Assembly (NCBI RefSeq): GCF_963921235.1
Contig: NC_086097.1
Location: forward strand, 48,052,001 to 48,116,000
Direction of reading: 5' to 3'
DNA length: 64,000 bases
Source of the DNA: Mobula hypostoma
Lineage: Eukaryota
Position 1 is the stretch's first letter. Each line of letters opens with the position of its first letter. Shown in pieces: positions 62,690-64,000 of this stretch. Below the pieces are notes generated by a model. That model saw only the letters and a program-made list of their open reading frames with translations, was not told where the DNA came from and searched no databases. The position numbers and the translations under genes were made by a program.

Positions 62690-64000
62690 CTTTAGAATCA
62701 GGTTTATTATCACTGACATATGTTGTGAAATGTGTTGTTTTGTGGCAGCAGGGCAGTGCAAAACATAACATTTAATATAAGTTATGAAAAATAAATAAAT
62801 GGTGTAAAAAGTGAATAATGGGCAGTGTTATGGATTCAGAGAGCATTCATAAATCTGATGGCAGAAGGGAAGAAACTTTTCCTGACTCATTGAGTATTGA
62901 CCTTCAGGCTCTGAAGCTCCTGCCTAATGATAGCAGTGCAAAGAGCACATGTCCCAGATAGTGGGGGCCTTTAAAGGTGGATGCTGCCACCTTGAGTCAC
63001 CACCCCTTGAAGATGTCTTCAGTAGCAGGGAGAGTTGTCTTCATGTCAGAACTGGATGAGTGCACGTCTCTCTGCAGCTTCTCGTGATCCTTTTCATTGG
63101 CACCTTCAGATGAGGCTGTGGGTGATGGAACCATGAAGCAGGTTCCCCATTGTGCATCTGAAGAAACTGGCGGGACTGTTTGGTGATGTACCAAGCCCTC
63201 CTCAAACTGCTAATGAAGGATAGCTGGAGGCATGCTTTCTTCATGATTTCATCAATGCTTAAGGCCCAGGACAGGTCCTCTGAGTTGTTGATGCCCAGAA
63301 ACTTGAAGCTGCTCACGCTTTACACGATTAACCCCTTCACTGTGGACTGCTGCGTGTTCCCTCGACGTCCCCTTCCAGAAGTTCACAATCTGTTCCTTGG
63401 TCTTACTGACACCGAGCGCAAAGCCACCGTAGCGCAGTGGTTAGCACGACGTTATTAAGGCTTGTGGCGCTGGAGTTCAGAGTTTACTTCTGGCATCCTC
63501 TGTAAGGAGTTTATACATCCACCCCTGGGCAAGTGGGTTTCCTCTGGGTGCCTGGGTTTCCTTCCACATTCCAAAGGCGTACCGGTTAGTAGGCTATTTG
63601 GTCATTGTAAATTGCCCTTTGTTTAGGCTAGGGTTAAATAGGTGGGTTGTTGGGTGAGATGTGGCTCATTGAGCCAGAAGGGCCTGTTCTGTGAGGTATC
63701 TCTAAATAAAGTTCTTGCTGTGACACCGCTCAACTAGACAATCCGTCTGACTCCTGTATGCCTCCTTGTCACCATCTTTGATTCTGCCAACAACGGTGGT
63801 GTCATCGGCGAATTTATAGATGACTTTTGAGCTGTGCCTCGTCACACAGTCATGTGCGCACAGTGAATAGAGTATCGTCACCAAGAAGGAGATACTATTA
63901 CCGATCGGCGTTGACTGTGGTCTGAGGATCCAGTTGCAGAGGGAGGTACAAAGGCCTGAGCTTTGAAGCTTATTGCTTAGTACTGAGGAGATAATGGCGT
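62690..64000 (-). mobile_element. Rex1/Babar LINE (RT to 3' end) interrupted by a SINE
   Basis: YKFADDTTVVGRI in ORF 63702..63884, SSFKFLGINNSEDLSW in ORF 63041..63316, and a Rex 3' UTR. Confidence 0.9.
63423..63710 (+). mobile_element. tRNA-derived V-SINE (HE1-like)
   Basis: A box TAGCGCAGTGG, V-domain GTGGGTTTCCTCTGGGTGC..CCACATTCCAAAG and a CR1-like tail ending TAAATAAA. Confidence 0.85.

Noticed and set aside
63423..63500. tRNA gene
   Set aside because: It is a SINE head with a degenerate B box and no cloverleaf, and it continues into a V-domain.

Overview
Vertebrate genomic DNA, most likely a cartilaginous fish such as a ray (inferred from HE1/V-SINE-like SINEs, CR1 families with microsatellite tails, Penelope and Dong/R4 elements). 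It is not prokaryotic, and most entries in the ORF track are transposon fragments or chance ORFs. Bases ~1-46,000 are an intergenic, heavily nested transposon field: CR1, L2, Rex1/Babar, RTE, L1, Dong/R4, Penelope with hammerhead motifs, a full-length decayed sushi-type Gypsy, hAT, Tc1 and an ancient Harbinger. Bases ~46,100-58,100 are transposon-poor and CpG-rich and hold the 5' end of KIF26A on the + strand: a clear exon 2 at 54760-55008 and several candidate phase-0 alternative first exons, with a RE1/REST site and a CTCF site nearby. The most unexpected signal is at the left edge (1-2800, - strand). It is a decayed, intronless archaeo-eukaryotic primase (AEP/PriS-like) gene plus a second unknown CpG-rich coding relic, split by a young CR1. 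I interpret this as a candidate endogenous DNA-virus element, with an adomavirus-like origin as one hypothesis. All homology calls come from manual translation and recall of family motifs. No database search was run, and many element boundaries are approximate.
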